Shown here in pieces: positions 27,203-36,740 of a DNA stretch of 64,000 bases. The stretch lies in NCBI GenBank assembly GCA_965277805.1, contig OZ255842.1, positions 4,864,001 to 4,928,000 of the forward strand. Reading direction: 5' to 3'. Position numbers and translations under genes: made by a program. Source of the stretch: Candidatus Lustribacter sp. (GTDB lineage Bacteria; Vulcanimicrobiota; Vulcanimicrobiia; Vulcanimicrobiales; Vulcanimicrobiaceae). Positions within the stretch are counted from its first letter, which is position 1; the number at the start of each line of letters is the position of its first letter. The notes beneath the pieces were generated by a model. It saw only the letters and a list, made by a program, of their open reading frames with translations, ran no database searches and had not been told where the DNA came from.

Positions 27203-28026
27203 CAGATCTCGATCAAGCGCGGATCGAGCCGATCGCGCAGCCAGTCGCCGAGGATGTTCGCGCCGAGCACGGTGATCGTGATGCAGAGGCCCGGGAACGT
27301 CGGAATCCACCAGTCGCTCGAGACGAGGCCGCGGCCGTCGGCGATCATCAGGCCCCACGCCGCCGCCGGCGCTTGAATGCCTAGACCGATGAACGTAATC
27401 GACGCCTCCACGATCAGCGCCCGGCCGAGCTGCAGCGTCATAAGGATGATCGCGGTCGGCAAGATGTTCGGAAACACGTGCGTCGCCAAGATGCGTAGAT
27501 CGCTGCAGTTCGCCACGCGTGCGAGCGCCACGTAGTCGGCATCGCGCAGCGTCAGTGCTTGGCTGCGCACCACGCGTGCGTAGTCGGCCCAGAAGATCAG
27601 CACGATGCTCACGAGCACGGTCGTGAGGCCGCCGCCGATCGCACCCCCGATGAGCAGCGTCAAGAGGATCGACGGGATCGACATCTTCACGTCGACCAGG
27701 CGCATCACGAGGTTATCGGTCCAACCGCCGAAGTAGCCCGCCGCAAGTCCGGCCGGAATGCCGATCGCCGCCGCCAGCGCGACGCCGCAAAACGAAACGA
27801 TCAGCGCGGGGCGTGCGCCGGCGATCAATTGGCTGAGCACGTCGCGTCCGAACTGATCGGTGCCGAGTAAGAACGCAGCTTCGCCGCCGGGCAGCCACGC
27901 CGGCGGTTTGTGCGGCGCGAGCAAGTTCATGGCAGTCGGATCGTGCGGGTAGAGGAGCGGTCCGAGGATGCCCCACACGAGAACCGGCAGCACCAGCACG
28001 ATTCCGAACCAGGGCAGCCGCCTCAT
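27202..28026 (-). CDS. ABC permease (DppC-like)
   Basis: LGTDQFGRD, HVFPN, WGLMI, GDWLRDRLDP. Confidence 0.92.
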   Translation of the reverse strand: MRRLPWFGIVLVLPVLVWGILGPLLYPHDPTAMNLLAPHKPPAWLPGGEAAFLLGTDQFGRDVLSQLIAGARPALIVSFCGVALAAAIGIPAGLAAGYFGGWTDNLVMRLVDVKMSIPSILLTLLIGGAIGGGLTTVLVSIVLIFWADYARVVRSQALTLRDADYVALARVANCSDLRILATHVFPNILPTAIILMTLQLGRALIVEASITFIGLGIQAPAAAWGLMIADGRGLVSSDWWIPTFPGLCITITVLGANILGDWLRDRLDPRLIEI

Positions 28027-29198
28027 CGCTTGAGCGGATGCTCCAGCGCGACGGCTTCGTTCAGATCGGCGCCCCAGCCGGGACGGTTCGGCAGCACGTA
28101 CTCGCCGTTTTCGATGACGGCGGGATGCGTCAGCAGCGATTTCCGCCACGGTACTTCGTCGACATCGAGTTCGAGATAACGGAAGTTCGGAATCACCGCG
28201 CAGAACTGCGCGCTGATCAGCGAACCGAGCGGTCCGTGCGAGTTGTGCGCGGCGACGTTGATCTCATAGGCGTCGAGCAGCGCCGCCATGCGCACCGATT
28301 CGTGCAAGCCGTTGAACACCGCATCGACGATGCCCACGTCGACGGCACCCGCTTCGGCAAACGGCCGCAGCTGTCCGATCCCGAACAATGCCTCGAGCGA
28401 CGCAATCGGCGTGGAGGTTGACTTACGGATCAGTGCGAGCGAAGCGGCATCGTATGTATCCATCTCGAGCCACGTCATGTCGAGGTGCTCGACGGCCTTC
28501 GCGATGCGCTTGAACCCCTCGGTCTTGTAATTAAAGTTCAAGTCCATCATCAGGCCGACGCCCGGTCCCGCCCCTTCGTGAAATGCTTCGAGCTGATCGA
28601 CGACCATTGCGACGATCTCGCCGTCGACATTGAAAGCGAATTCGTCGCGTCCGCGCTGCACGAACGGCTTCTGCCCGGTGCCGAGAGCGAGCAGGTTCGT
28701 CTTCAGCGCGCTGTAGCCGCCGCGCGCGACTTCCGCGCCCAAAGCGCGGATGTCGTCGAGCGTCGTCACCGGCGCGACGCCGATCACGTCGCGGAAGATC
28801 TCGGGGTAGCGTGCGCGGTACATCCCGCAGTGCGACCAGTAGACCGGCAAACGCGTGCGCAGCGCACCGCCGAAAAGCTGATAGACCGGTACGCCGAGCG
28901 CTTTCGCGGCGATGTCGATGCAGGCGTTTTCGAACGCGCCGATTGCGAGCGATTGCAGGCCACCGGTCGCGCTTTTTGTGAGTACGCGCAGCTTCATCGT
29001 GAGGCGCGCGAAGTCGCGCGGGTCTTCGCCGATCACGAGCTCCTGCATGTCGGCTACGACGCGCGTCAGGCCGCGCCGCGCACGCGCTTCGCTATACTCC
29101 GACCAGCCGACCAAACCGTCGTCGGTCGTTAGTTTGAGAAAGGACCACGGATCCCAGCCGCCATCGACGTGGAAATGTTCGGCCTTGACGATTTTCAT
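28023..29198 (-). CDS. Mandelate racemase/muconate lactonizing (enolase superfamily) enzyme
   Basis: TDDGLVGWSE, DIAAKALGVPVYQLFGG, acidic metal ligands. Confidence 0.9.
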   Translation of the reverse strand: MKIVKAEHFHVDGGWDPWSFLKLTTDDGLVGWSEYSEARARRGLTRVVADMQELVIGEDPRDFARLTMKLRVLTKSATGGLQSLAIGAFENACIDIAAKALGVPVYQLFGGALRTRLPVYWSHCGMYRARYPEIFRDVIGVAPVTTLDDIRALGAEVARGGYSALKTNLLALGTGQKPFVQRGRDEFAFNVDGEIVAMVVDQLEAFHEGAGPGVGLMMDLNFNYKTEGFKRIAKAVEHLDMTWLEMDTYDAASLALIRKSTSTPIASLEALFGIGQLRPFAEAGAVDVGIVDAVFNGLHESVRMAALLDAYEINVAAHNSHGPLGSLISAQFCAVIPNFRYLELDVDEVPWRKSLLTHPAVIENGEYVLPNRPGWGADLNEAVALEHPLKR

Positions 29199-29206
29199 TG
29201 GCGCCC

Positions 29207-30046
29207 CTATTGGAGCGGCGGTCCCTCAACCATGAGCCGGTGCATCAAGCGCTTCTCGCCATGGTAGTCGTTGAGCGCGTAGTGAAGACATTGGCGATTG
29301 TCCCAAAACGCGATCGAGCCTTCTTCCCAGTGGAAGCGGCACGCGAACTCGGGCCGCGCGATGTGCGTGTAGAGGAAGCGCAATAGCGGCTCGCTCTCCG
29401 CCATGGTCCAGCCCTCGAAGTGCGTGGTATAGGTAGGGTTCACGTAGAGCACCTCGCGGCCGTTTTCGGGATGCCGCCCGACGACCGGATGCGTCGCCTC
29501 GTTTGAAGCCTCGCCCAGATTGACCATGCCGCGGCGGGCAGCGACCTCGTCGGGGGCCGTCTTTACGCCGAACACGTGCGCGTTGCTGTGCACGGCGCGC
29601 ATTCCGCGCAGCGTTTGCTTGAGGCCCTCGGAGAGCGCGTCGAAGGCGAGCGCCATGTTGAGCCACATCGTATCGCCGCCGACGTCCGGCAGTTGCCGCG
29701 CGACGAGCATCGTGCCCATCACCGGAACGTCGCGGAAGGCTTGGTCCGTATGCCAGCCGCCGCCGATGTTCTTGGTGTCGGCTTCTTCCTTGCGCACTTC
29801 AGCGAGTTCGGTATAGCCGTCGACCTTCGGGTTGAACTTGCTGCTGGTGAGCGGTCCGAAGCGCCGCGCGAACGCGATGAACTGGTCGGAGTCGACGTGC
29901 TGGTCGCGGAAGAAGATCACGCCGCGATCGTTGTAGGTTTGGCGGATCAGCGCGAAGGTTTCGTCGTCGAGATCGTTGACGTCGACGCCGAGAATTTCCG
30001 AACCGACGGCAGTCGTGAGTGGTTTGATGCGAAGCGTAGTGAGCAC
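29207..30046 (-). CDS. TauD/TfdA Fe(II)/2-oxoglutarate dioxygenase
   Basis: WHTD, GGDT, HPVV..HPE.GR, WDNR...H. Confidence 0.93.
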   Translation of the reverse strand: MLTTLRIKPLTTAVGSEILGVDVNDLDDETFALIRQTYNDRGVIFFRDQHVDSDQFIAFARRFGPLTSSKFNPKVDGYTELAEVRKEEADTKNIGGGWHTDQAFRDVPVMGTMLVARQLPDVGGDTMWLNMALAFDALSEGLKQTLRGMRAVHSNAHVFGVKTAPDEVAARRGMVNLGEASNEATHPVVGRHPENGREVLYVNPTYTTHFEGWTMAESEPLLRFLYTHIARPEFACRFHWEEGSIAFWDNRQCLHYALNDYHGEKRLMHRLMVEGPPLQ

Positions 30047-30063
30047 GGGCGTTCCTCTCGGCG

Positions 30064-31605
30064 CTACTTGAGGCGGATGTCTTTGACGTACATCAGCGGG
30101 AGCTGGTGCGCGACGGCAGTATAGCTCACGTCGGGTTTCATGACGTACTGCGTGGCGGCGTGCCAGATACCGATGATGCCGACGTCGTCGTAGAGCATGC
30201 GATCGGCTTGGCGAATGACGGCCGCGCGCTGTCCCGCATCGAAGATCGTGATCGACTTGTCGACCAGTTCCTCGAACTTCGGATCGGTCGGCTTGTAGGT
30301 GGTCGTCGCGCCGTGATTCGAGAGCGTGAAATACAGTGCCGAAGCGGGGTCGTTGTAATTCGAGAACGGCATCGCGCGCAACTGAATGTAGACGAAGCTC
30401 GGATCCTTGCTGGATTTGCCGAGCATCTCTTGGTTCTGAATCGTCTCGACTTGGTTGACGTTAACGGTAATGCCGACGGCTTTCAGGTAGAGCGCTACGG
30501 CCTCGGCGGTTTCGCGCATGCCGTAGTACGTCTGCGGCCAGTAGAGCGGCATCGTGAACCCGTTCGGATAGCCCGCTTCCGCCAGCAGCTTCTTGGCGAG
30601 CGCGGGGTCGTAGCTGTAGTTCTTTAAACCCGGGTCGTAGCCGAGCTCGCCCACCGATAGCAGCGGTTCGCGCGACGGAATCCCGTTCATCAAGCCCTTG
30701 GCGATCGCATCGCCGTCGATGGCGTGCGCCATCGCTTGCCGGACCTTCAGCTTCGCCCACGGGACGTTCGGGTTGTACGTCTGAAAGTTGATCGCGATGA
30801 ACGGAAACGTCGGGACCGACACGACCTTGTCGCCGGCTTTTTGAAAAGCCGCAACCTGGTTCCACGGCGCCGACGAAATCAGGTCGGCTTCTCCCGACTG
30901 GAGCTTGGCGGCGCGCGTCGCATCATCTTTGATGAAGTAAATGCGCGCACGCTTCACCTGCGGCGCGCCGCCCCAGTAGTTCGCGTTTGCTTCGAGGTCG
31001 GCGTACTGACCGCGTTTGTAGTCGACGAGTTTATAGGGCCCGGTACCGATCGGATGATCGAAGAACGTCTGCTCGCCCACCCGATCGTGGTAAACCTTTG
31101 AGGCGAGGTAGATGCTGCGTTCGTTGACGACCGTGACGTTGGGGGTTTTGAACACGAAGCGCGCCGTCGACGGGTTGACGGCCTCGACGTGGTCGATGTT
31201 GGCTTTATAGAACCCGCGAAAGTTTGCCGAATTGGCCATCGTGCGGTCGAAGCTGAAGACCACGTCCTCGGCCGTGAGCGGGTCGCCGGTCGAAAACTTG
31301 ATGCCTGGATGAAGGTGGAAGTCGACCGTTTTGCCGTCCGGGCTGATCACCCAGTTTGCGACCGTCATCTTGGGCCGGCCGTTGTGGTCGACGCCGATCA
31401 GCGTCTCCTCGATGTTCGACATGAGCGGCTCGGTCGAGGGCTGGGAGAGCGCGAACGCCGGGTCGAGGGTGGCGGGCTCCTGGTCGATCACGATGACGAG
31501 CTGCCGTTGCCCGCTTTGAGCTCCGGCGGGGACGGCGACAGTGGCCCCGAGCAGCGCGACGGCGCACGCGATGCGCGCAAGCAACAAATATGCCGTTCGA
31601 TTCAC
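30064..31605 (-). CDS. ABC substrate-binding protein, family 5
   Basis: Signal peptide, EPATLDP, PLTAEDVVFS, GTGPYK, AKKLLAEAGY. Confidence 0.92.
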   Translation of the reverse strand: MNRTAYLLLARIACAVALLGATVAVPAGAQSGQRQLVIVIDQEPATLDPAFALSQPSTEPLMSNIEETLIGVDHNGRPKMTVANWVISPDGKTVDFHLHPGIKFSTGDPLTAEDVVFSFDRTMANSANFRGFYKANIDHVEAVNPSTARFVFKTPNVTVVNERSIYLASKVYHDRVGEQTFFDHPIGTGPYKLVDYKRGQYADLEANANYWGGAPQVKRARIYFIKDDATRAAKLQSGEADLISSAPWNQVAAFQKAGDKVVSVPTFPFIAINFQTYNPNVPWAKLKVRQAMAHAIDGDAIAKGLMNGIPSREPLLSVGELGYDPGLKNYSYDPALAKKLLAEAGYPNGFTMPLYWPQTYYGMRETAEAVALYLKAVGITVNVNQVETIQNQEMLGKSSKDPSFVYIQLRAMPFSNYNDPASALYFTLSNHGATTTYKPTDPKFEELVDKSITIFDAGQRAAVIRQADRMLYDDVGIIGIWHAATQYVMKPDVSYTAVAHQLPLMYVKDIRLK

Positions 31606-31680
31606 GTTTCGGAGAATACCATTCCACCGGACGGCGAGAAAGCTCAAACCGGCCTTTTTCCGTTGCATGCAGCGCAACGA

Positions 31681-32607
31681 TCAGGTCGCGCGCCGGGCGT
31701 ATCTCCCAGCCACGGTGCGTAGCGCCTTCATGAGCCGCGAGTCGCGCATCTTGCGCGGGTAGGCGAGGCCGACGGTCCGCGTGCGGGCGGCGCTGCCGTC
31801 GATCGTGATGGCCACGACGTCGGGATGGCCGTGGCCGGCGATACGTTCGGCGATGATCGAGACGGCGATCCCGCGCCGTACCACACCCAGCAGTGCGATC
31901 ATGTCGCTAACCTCGACGTTGATTTTTGGGGTGAAGCCGGCCCGCGCGCAGGCCTTGAGCAGCTCTTGGTAACTCCACGACCCGTCCATGAGCGTGGCGA
32001 ACGGCCGGTCGCGCACTTCGGCCAGGTCCAGGTGCGTGCGGCCGGCGAGCGGATCGTTTGCCCCCACCACCAGCTTCGTCGCTTCCATATAGAGCGGCAC
32101 GACTTCGAGTTCCGGTTCGGCCGGCGGCGGCGAGATCAACGCGGCGTCGAGCGCGCCCGATAGCAGACTCGATACGAGCGTGTTGGTGGTGCCGCTGCGC
32201 AGCAGCACCTTGGTGTCGGGCTCACGTTCCAAGAAGCCGGCGACGATCGATGGCACGATGTCGATACCGAGCGAGAAGTTGTGGCCGAGCGTGAGTTGAA
32301 TCTGCCGCCGTCCGGCCGCGACGAGCACGGCATTGATCGCTTCAGTGCGCGCGCGGATGACTTGCGCGGCGTGATCGGCCAAAATGTGACCCGCATGCAA
32401 AAGCCGCACGCGCCGCCCTTCGCGCTGCACGAGCGCGATGCCGAAGCGTTTCTCGAGCGCACGAACCGCGCGCTGAATCGACGAGACGCTAAAGCCGAGC
32501 GCCTCGGCGGTTTGTCCGAGGTGTTCCGTGCGCGAGAATTCGAGGAAGATCTCCAATTCGTGGAAGCCGACCTGCGCTTCGTCGAACGGGAAGTCGTCCT
32601 TAGCCAT
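31681..32607 (-). CDS. LysR-family transcriptional regulator
   Basis: N-terminal HTH (TAEALGFSVSSIQRAVRALE) and LysR substrate-binding domain. Confidence 0.9.
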   Translation of the reverse strand: MAKDDFPFDEAQVGFHELEIFLEFSRTEHLGQTAEALGFSVSSIQRAVRALEKRFGIALVQREGRRVRLLHAGHILADHAAQVIRARTEAINAVLVAAGRRQIQLTLGHNFSLGIDIVPSIVAGFLEREPDTKVLLRSGTTNTLVSSLLSGALDAALISPPPAEPELEVVPLYMEATKLVVGANDPLAGRTHLDLAEVRDRPFATLMDGSWSYQELLKACARAGFTPKINVEVSDMIALLGVVRRGIAVSIIAERIAGHGHPDVVAITIDGSAARTRTVGLAYPRKMRDSRLMKALRTVAGRYARRAT

Positions 32608-33760
32608 ACGGACGGAAGTGTTCGGCGAGCAGTTCGTATCCCAGTCCCGGGGCATTCGAGGGCACCACGCGGCCATTCACCGGAATGGGGACGCCCGGAA
32701 CGCGCATCACTTCGTTCAACGGAACGCCGGCGCGCGAGAACATCACCCATTCGGCAAGCGGCGATTCCGGCATCGCGAGCGCGAAGTGCTGCCCGGCCGC
32801 CATGCTGCCGCCGCCGTGCACGATCGTTTGGATGCCGGCCGCTTCGCCGAGCGTGTAGATCTTCAGCACTTCGGTGAGCCCGCCGGACCAGCGGATGTCG
32901 GGCTGCAGAACGTCGACGCAGCGCTGCTCGATCAACGCTTGAAATTCGTGCCGGCCGCGATGATCTTCCCCGGTGGCCAGCGGCAGCGTGGGAACGGCGC
33001 GCTTGAGTTCGGCCAGGCCGTTGACGTTCCACGGCATCAGCGGTTCTTCGAACCAGCGCAGGTTATACGGCAACAGCCGCTCCATTACGCGCGCAGCATA
33101 TTCAACGTTGAACGACATCACCGGATTGATCATCAAGTCGGCATCGGCGCCGACCTTTGCGCGCGCGCGCGCAACCTCTTCTTCGAGCCGGTTGATCCCC
33201 TCGGTGCCGTCGACGTACGAAGCGGAGTTCGGAATTTTGAACTTGGTGAAGCCGAGTTCCATCGCCCAATCGAGGTCGCCGGTGGTCACGTAATACTCGA
33301 GCGCATCGCGGCACGGTCCGCCGATCAGCGAATACACCGGCACGCCCAGCAACTTGCCCTTGAGATCCCAGAGTGCAACATCGATCGCGCTGCGCGCGAG
33401 GCTCGTGATTCCGGTGGAACCGAAGCGCTGCGAGGCGCGCCACATCAAATCGTTGAGAAACTCGATCGCAAAGCAGTCGCGCCCGACCAGCAGCGGCGCA
33501 AACGCACCGGCCACGACCGGGCCGGCGAAATCACCCCAATGCGTGTGGCCGAGACCGAAGGTGCCGTCTTCGGCGACGACGCGTACCCACATCTCGCCCG
33601 ACACGTCCCCCGGATGCCGTCCGCGCGTGCGCGTGAACTCGGGATAGACGTGAATCGGCAACGGCACCGCTTCGCCGCCCACCGAGCCCGGACGCGGTGG
33701 CGTGGGCGACGCGAGCGGGGGAAGAGTGAGCGCGAGAAGATCGACCGAGGTGATCTTCAT
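32600..33760 (-). CDS. Enolase-superfamily acid-sugar dehydratase (L-rhamnonate dehydratase-like)
   Basis: SAIDVALWDLKGK, WFEEPL, TGEDH, QPDI.WSGGLTE. Confidence 0.88.
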   Translation of the reverse strand: MKITSVDLLALTLPPLASPTPPRPGSVGGEAVPLPIHVYPEFTRTRGRHPGDVSGEMWVRVVAEDGTFGLGHTHWGDFAGPVVAGAFAPLLVGRDCFAIEFLNDLMWRASQRFGSTGITSLARSAIDVALWDLKGKLLGVPVYSLIGGPCRDALEYYVTTGDLDWAMELGFTKFKIPNSASYVDGTEGINRLEEEVARARAKVGADADLMINPVMSFNVEYAARVMERLLPYNLRWFEEPLMPWNVNGLAELKRAVPTLPLATGEDHRGRHEFQALIEQRCVDVLQPDIRWSGGLTEVLKIYTLGEAAGIQTIVHGGGSMAAGQHFALAMPESPLAEWVMFSRAGVPLNEVMRVPGVPIPVNGRVVPSNAPGLGYELLAEHFRPYG

Positions 33761-33775
33761 ACGCCGCGCAGGAGC

Positions 33776-34771
33776 TTAGCCGACTTTCGCACCTTCACGG
33801 TAATACCACAAATAGGCCTCGGCACGCGAGTAAAACGCGGGATCGACCGCTCGCGGCGTATTGGGCCGCAGCCACAAACGCAGGAGCTTGCGCTTGATGT
33901 CGGCCGAGTTCTCGAACTCGGTGCGGGCGTGAACGTTGGTGAAATTCTGCCAGAACATGATCTCGCCCGGCTCGAGTTGGAAGCGCAGGGCAAAGCCCGG
34001 CTCGGCGATGATCGCATCGAACAGCGCGATTCCTTCAGCGAGCTTCGGCGGCAGCGGCTCGTTGCGCAGCTTGGCGGCGCGGGTCATGAACAGCGCCGCA
34101 TACGTGCAGCTCACGAGGCCGTCGCGAAAGCAGAAGACCGGCGTCTTCACGTCCGTTACCGGGCGCGAGGAGTGCTGCAGCTCCGGGGCCGCGAGATAGT
34201 AGCCTTCGTAGAGCGCTTCGAGCAGATCGGGGCGCCGGCGCGCGATCTCGTTGTGCACTGCGACGGTACTGGCCATTAAGCTCAGACCGCCGGAGGCCGC
34301 TTTCTGCAAACACATCAGGCCGACGAATTCGTGGGTGTCGCAATGATAGCGCAGCTCATCTGTGCTGCGGTAGGCGCGCGCATACGGATCGTTCTCCGCG
34401 GCCTCGACGTAGCCCATCATATCGCCGTAGATGCTCTGCACCACCGCCGTGCCGAGGTGTGTGCCGAGTCCCCAGTAGATGCGTTCGAGCTCTTCATTCG
34501 TATAGCGGTCGCGATCGATGCCGGCGAGCAGAATGAGGCCGCGGCCGTTCATCACGACATCGTAGACGTGCGCCATTGCCTTGTCGAGAAGGGGATGATC
34601 GAACTCGGGCTTGCGGACCTCGTGCAGGCCGCGCGCACGCGTCCTCTGGAGGCACTCGTCGATCGCTTCGAGTTCGGCCGGCGTCAAGTGATAGGTCAGC
34701 GATGCTTTGCTGACGGTGGCGGCCGTCCACGCGCTTGGGTGGTCGATGATCTCGTGGCAAATGGCGGTCAT
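33776..34771 (-). CDS. TauD/TfdA-family dioxygenase
   Basis: HCD facial-triad motif, L.CL..A.SGG.S, N...VHART.F, R.LLRLWL. Confidence 0.88.
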   Translation of the reverse strand: MTAICHEIIDHPSAWTAATVSKASLTYHLTPAELEAIDECLQRTRARGLHEVRKPEFDHPLLDKAMAHVYDVVMNGRGLILLAGIDRDRYTNEELERIYWGLGTHLGTAVVQSIYGDMMGYVEAAENDPYARAYRSTDELRYHCDTHEFVGLMCLQKAASGGLSLMASTVAVHNEIARRRPDLLEALYEGYYLAAPELQHSSRPVTDVKTPVFCFRDGLVSCTYAALFMTRAAKLRNEPLPPKLAEGIALFDAIIAEPGFALRFQLEPGEIMFWQNFTNVHARTEFENSADIKRKLLRLWLRPNTPRAVDPAFYSRAEAYLWYYREGAKVG

Positions 34772-34822
34772 GGTCAAGGCGAAGAATACCACCGCCCGGC
34801 CGGCCGAAGAAAGTGCAAATCC

Positions 34823-36163
34823 TCACCCGTCCCTTCCGCGCCACGCAACGATCGCGTATGCGACGGCGAAGCTGACGAAGTAGCTCAGGTCGCCGAACTG
34901 CGGGTGCGCCGCGGCGAAGGGGCCCGTGAACCAGGTCTGCTGCCAAAACGGCACGCCCGCTGCGATCCCGGCGACCCACGCGATCAGCGCGACCCGGCCA
35001 TACGGCTTGGTCGTGGGCTCGCGTGAGGCGATCATGATCGCGGCCCACGGCGCGGCCCACATGCTCAAGAGGCCGAGGAAATTGCCGTAAACGCGCGCGG
35101 TCGTATCGGCGTCGGAACCGACGATTGCGAGTGCGCCGCCGACGAGTCCGATCGCGAGCGCCGCCTGCCAGCGCTCGAGCCGCAGCGGAAAGCGGCTTCC
35201 TTCGAACGTGACCAGCAAACTCAACGCGCCGGAGTAGAGGTTCATGACGTTGCCGTTCATCGTGCCGATGAGCACCGTGAGCAATCCGGCGATCGCGAGC
35301 CAGCCGTTGGTGCCGGCCAGCAGGCCGACTGTTTCGGCCGGCGTCGCGCTGATGATGTTCGGTCCGCGGACCGCGGTTGCCGCTGCCGCACCGAGGATCT
35401 CGAGGCTGAGCGACGCGGTGAACCCGCCCGCGAACGCCCACCAGCCGACCGCACGCGCCGACACGTTCGCCGGAAGATAGCGCGCGTAATCCGCGGCGCA
35501 CGGCGCCCAGCCGATTGAGTATGCGAACGCGAGCGCGGCGGAGAAAGCGATGCCGCCCATTTCACCTCCGGCCGCAAACGGCGCGCGAGCGTCGAAGGGC
35601 GCGCCGAGGTTCGCATGCGCGAGCACGACGACGGCGATCGTCGAAAACCCGAGCAGCATGGCGACAGCCGAGAAGCGCTCGAACACGTGGATCATGTTGT
35701 AGCCGTAGACGGCGATCACGATCGACGCGACGAGCGTGAGCGCGAGCGCTACCAAATACGGAACGTGCAGCAGCGCGCCGACGGCTTGCGCGCCGAAGAT
35801 GCAATCGACGGAGAACCAGCCGACGCCCGCGAGAAAGCCGAGAAAGGCCGGATAAACGTTTCCCGCGCGCCCGAACCAGCGCCGCGAGATCATCATTTGC
35901 GGCAAACCGAAACGTGGTCCGGCAATGCCGACGAGCGACACCACGGTGTACCCGAGCAGGCTGCCGATGACGAGCCCGGCGATCGCGCCCGCGAGTGACG
36001 TGCCGTACAGCGCAACCGCGAGAATGCCGACGGCAAAGTTCGCGGTCTCCGAATTCGCCCCGAACCACAGGCCGAAGAGGTCGCGGGGTGAGCCGTGCCG
36101 TTCGCTTTCGTCGATTGCGTCGAGCCCGTGCGGCTCGACAACCGCGACGTTAGCTCCGTACAC
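34823..36163 (-). CDS. Purine-cytosine permease (NCS1 family)
   Basis: VEPHG.D.I...ERHG, WFGAN, PQM.ISR..FG, DYARY; many TM helices. Confidence 0.9.
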   Translation of the reverse strand: MYGANVAVVEPHGLDAIDESERHGSPRDLFGLWFGANSETANFAVGILAVALYGTSLAGAIAGLVIGSLLGYTVVSLVGIAGPRFGLPQMMISRRWFGRAGNVYPAFLGFLAGVGWFSVDCIFGAQAVGALLHVPYLVALALTLVASIVIAVYGYNMIHVFERFSAVAMLLGFSTIAVVVLAHANLGAPFDARAPFAAGGEMGGIAFSAALAFAYSIGWAPCAADYARYLPANVSARAVGWWAFAGGFTASLSLEILGAAAATAVRGPNIISATPAETVGLLAGTNGWLAIAGLLTVLIGTMNGNVMNLYSGALSLLVTFEGSRFPLRLERWQAALAIGLVGGALAIVGSDADTTARVYGNFLGLLSMWAAPWAAIMIASREPTTKPYGRVALIAWVAGIAAGVPFWQQTWFTGPFAAAHPQFGDLSYFVSFAVAYAIVAWRGRDG

Positions 36164-36740
36164 GCGCGTTGCCGGTGATATCCTCGCTTCGCACGACGTC
36201 GATGCCCGCCGCGCGCAGATCTTCGAGTGCCCTCTTCTCATCGTCCGGCTGCACGTTGACGGCTGCCGACGCATCCTCGATCACAACCGTCGCAAAGCCG
36301 GCGGCGTTCGCGTCGAACGCCGTCGCCTTGACGCAGTAGTCGGTGGCGAGCCCGCACACGAACACGCGCTTGATGCCGTGCATGCGCAGATCGCTCGCGA
36401 GCGACGTTGCGGCGAACCCGCTATAGCCGTCGGTGTCGCGATCGACGCCCTTGTCGATCACGGTGTCGATCTTCTTGCGATCGAGCCGCGGGTCGAAGGC
36501 TGCACCGCGCGTGCCGGCCACGCAGTGCACCGGCCACGGCCCGCCGTGCTGTTTGTACGAGGAGTGGTCGAGCGGGTGCCAATCGCGCGTCGCGTAGACG
36601 CGCCGGAAGCGCGGCGCGAGCGCGTCGATCGGTTCGAAGATGCGTTCGCCCTCGGCCACCGCCAGCGCCCCGCCGGGCAAGAAGTCGTGCTGTACGTCGA
36701 CGACGATCAGCGCGTCGTCCGGCCCGACCGTGACGCTCAC
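36150..36740 (-). CDS. pncA: Nicotinamidase/pyrazinamidase
   Basis: VDVQHDFLPGGAL, DWH, WPVHCV, GLATDYCV. Confidence 0.92.
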   Translation of the reverse strand: MSVTVGPDDALIVVDVQHDFLPGGALAVAEGERIFEPIDALAPRFRRVYATRDWHPLDHSSYKQHGGPWPVHCVAGTRGAAFDPRLDRKKIDTVIDKGVDRDTDGYSGFAATSLASDLRMHGIKRVFVCGLATDYCVKATAFDANAAGFATVVIEDASAAVNVQPDDEKRALEDLRAAGIDVVRSEDITGNARVRS

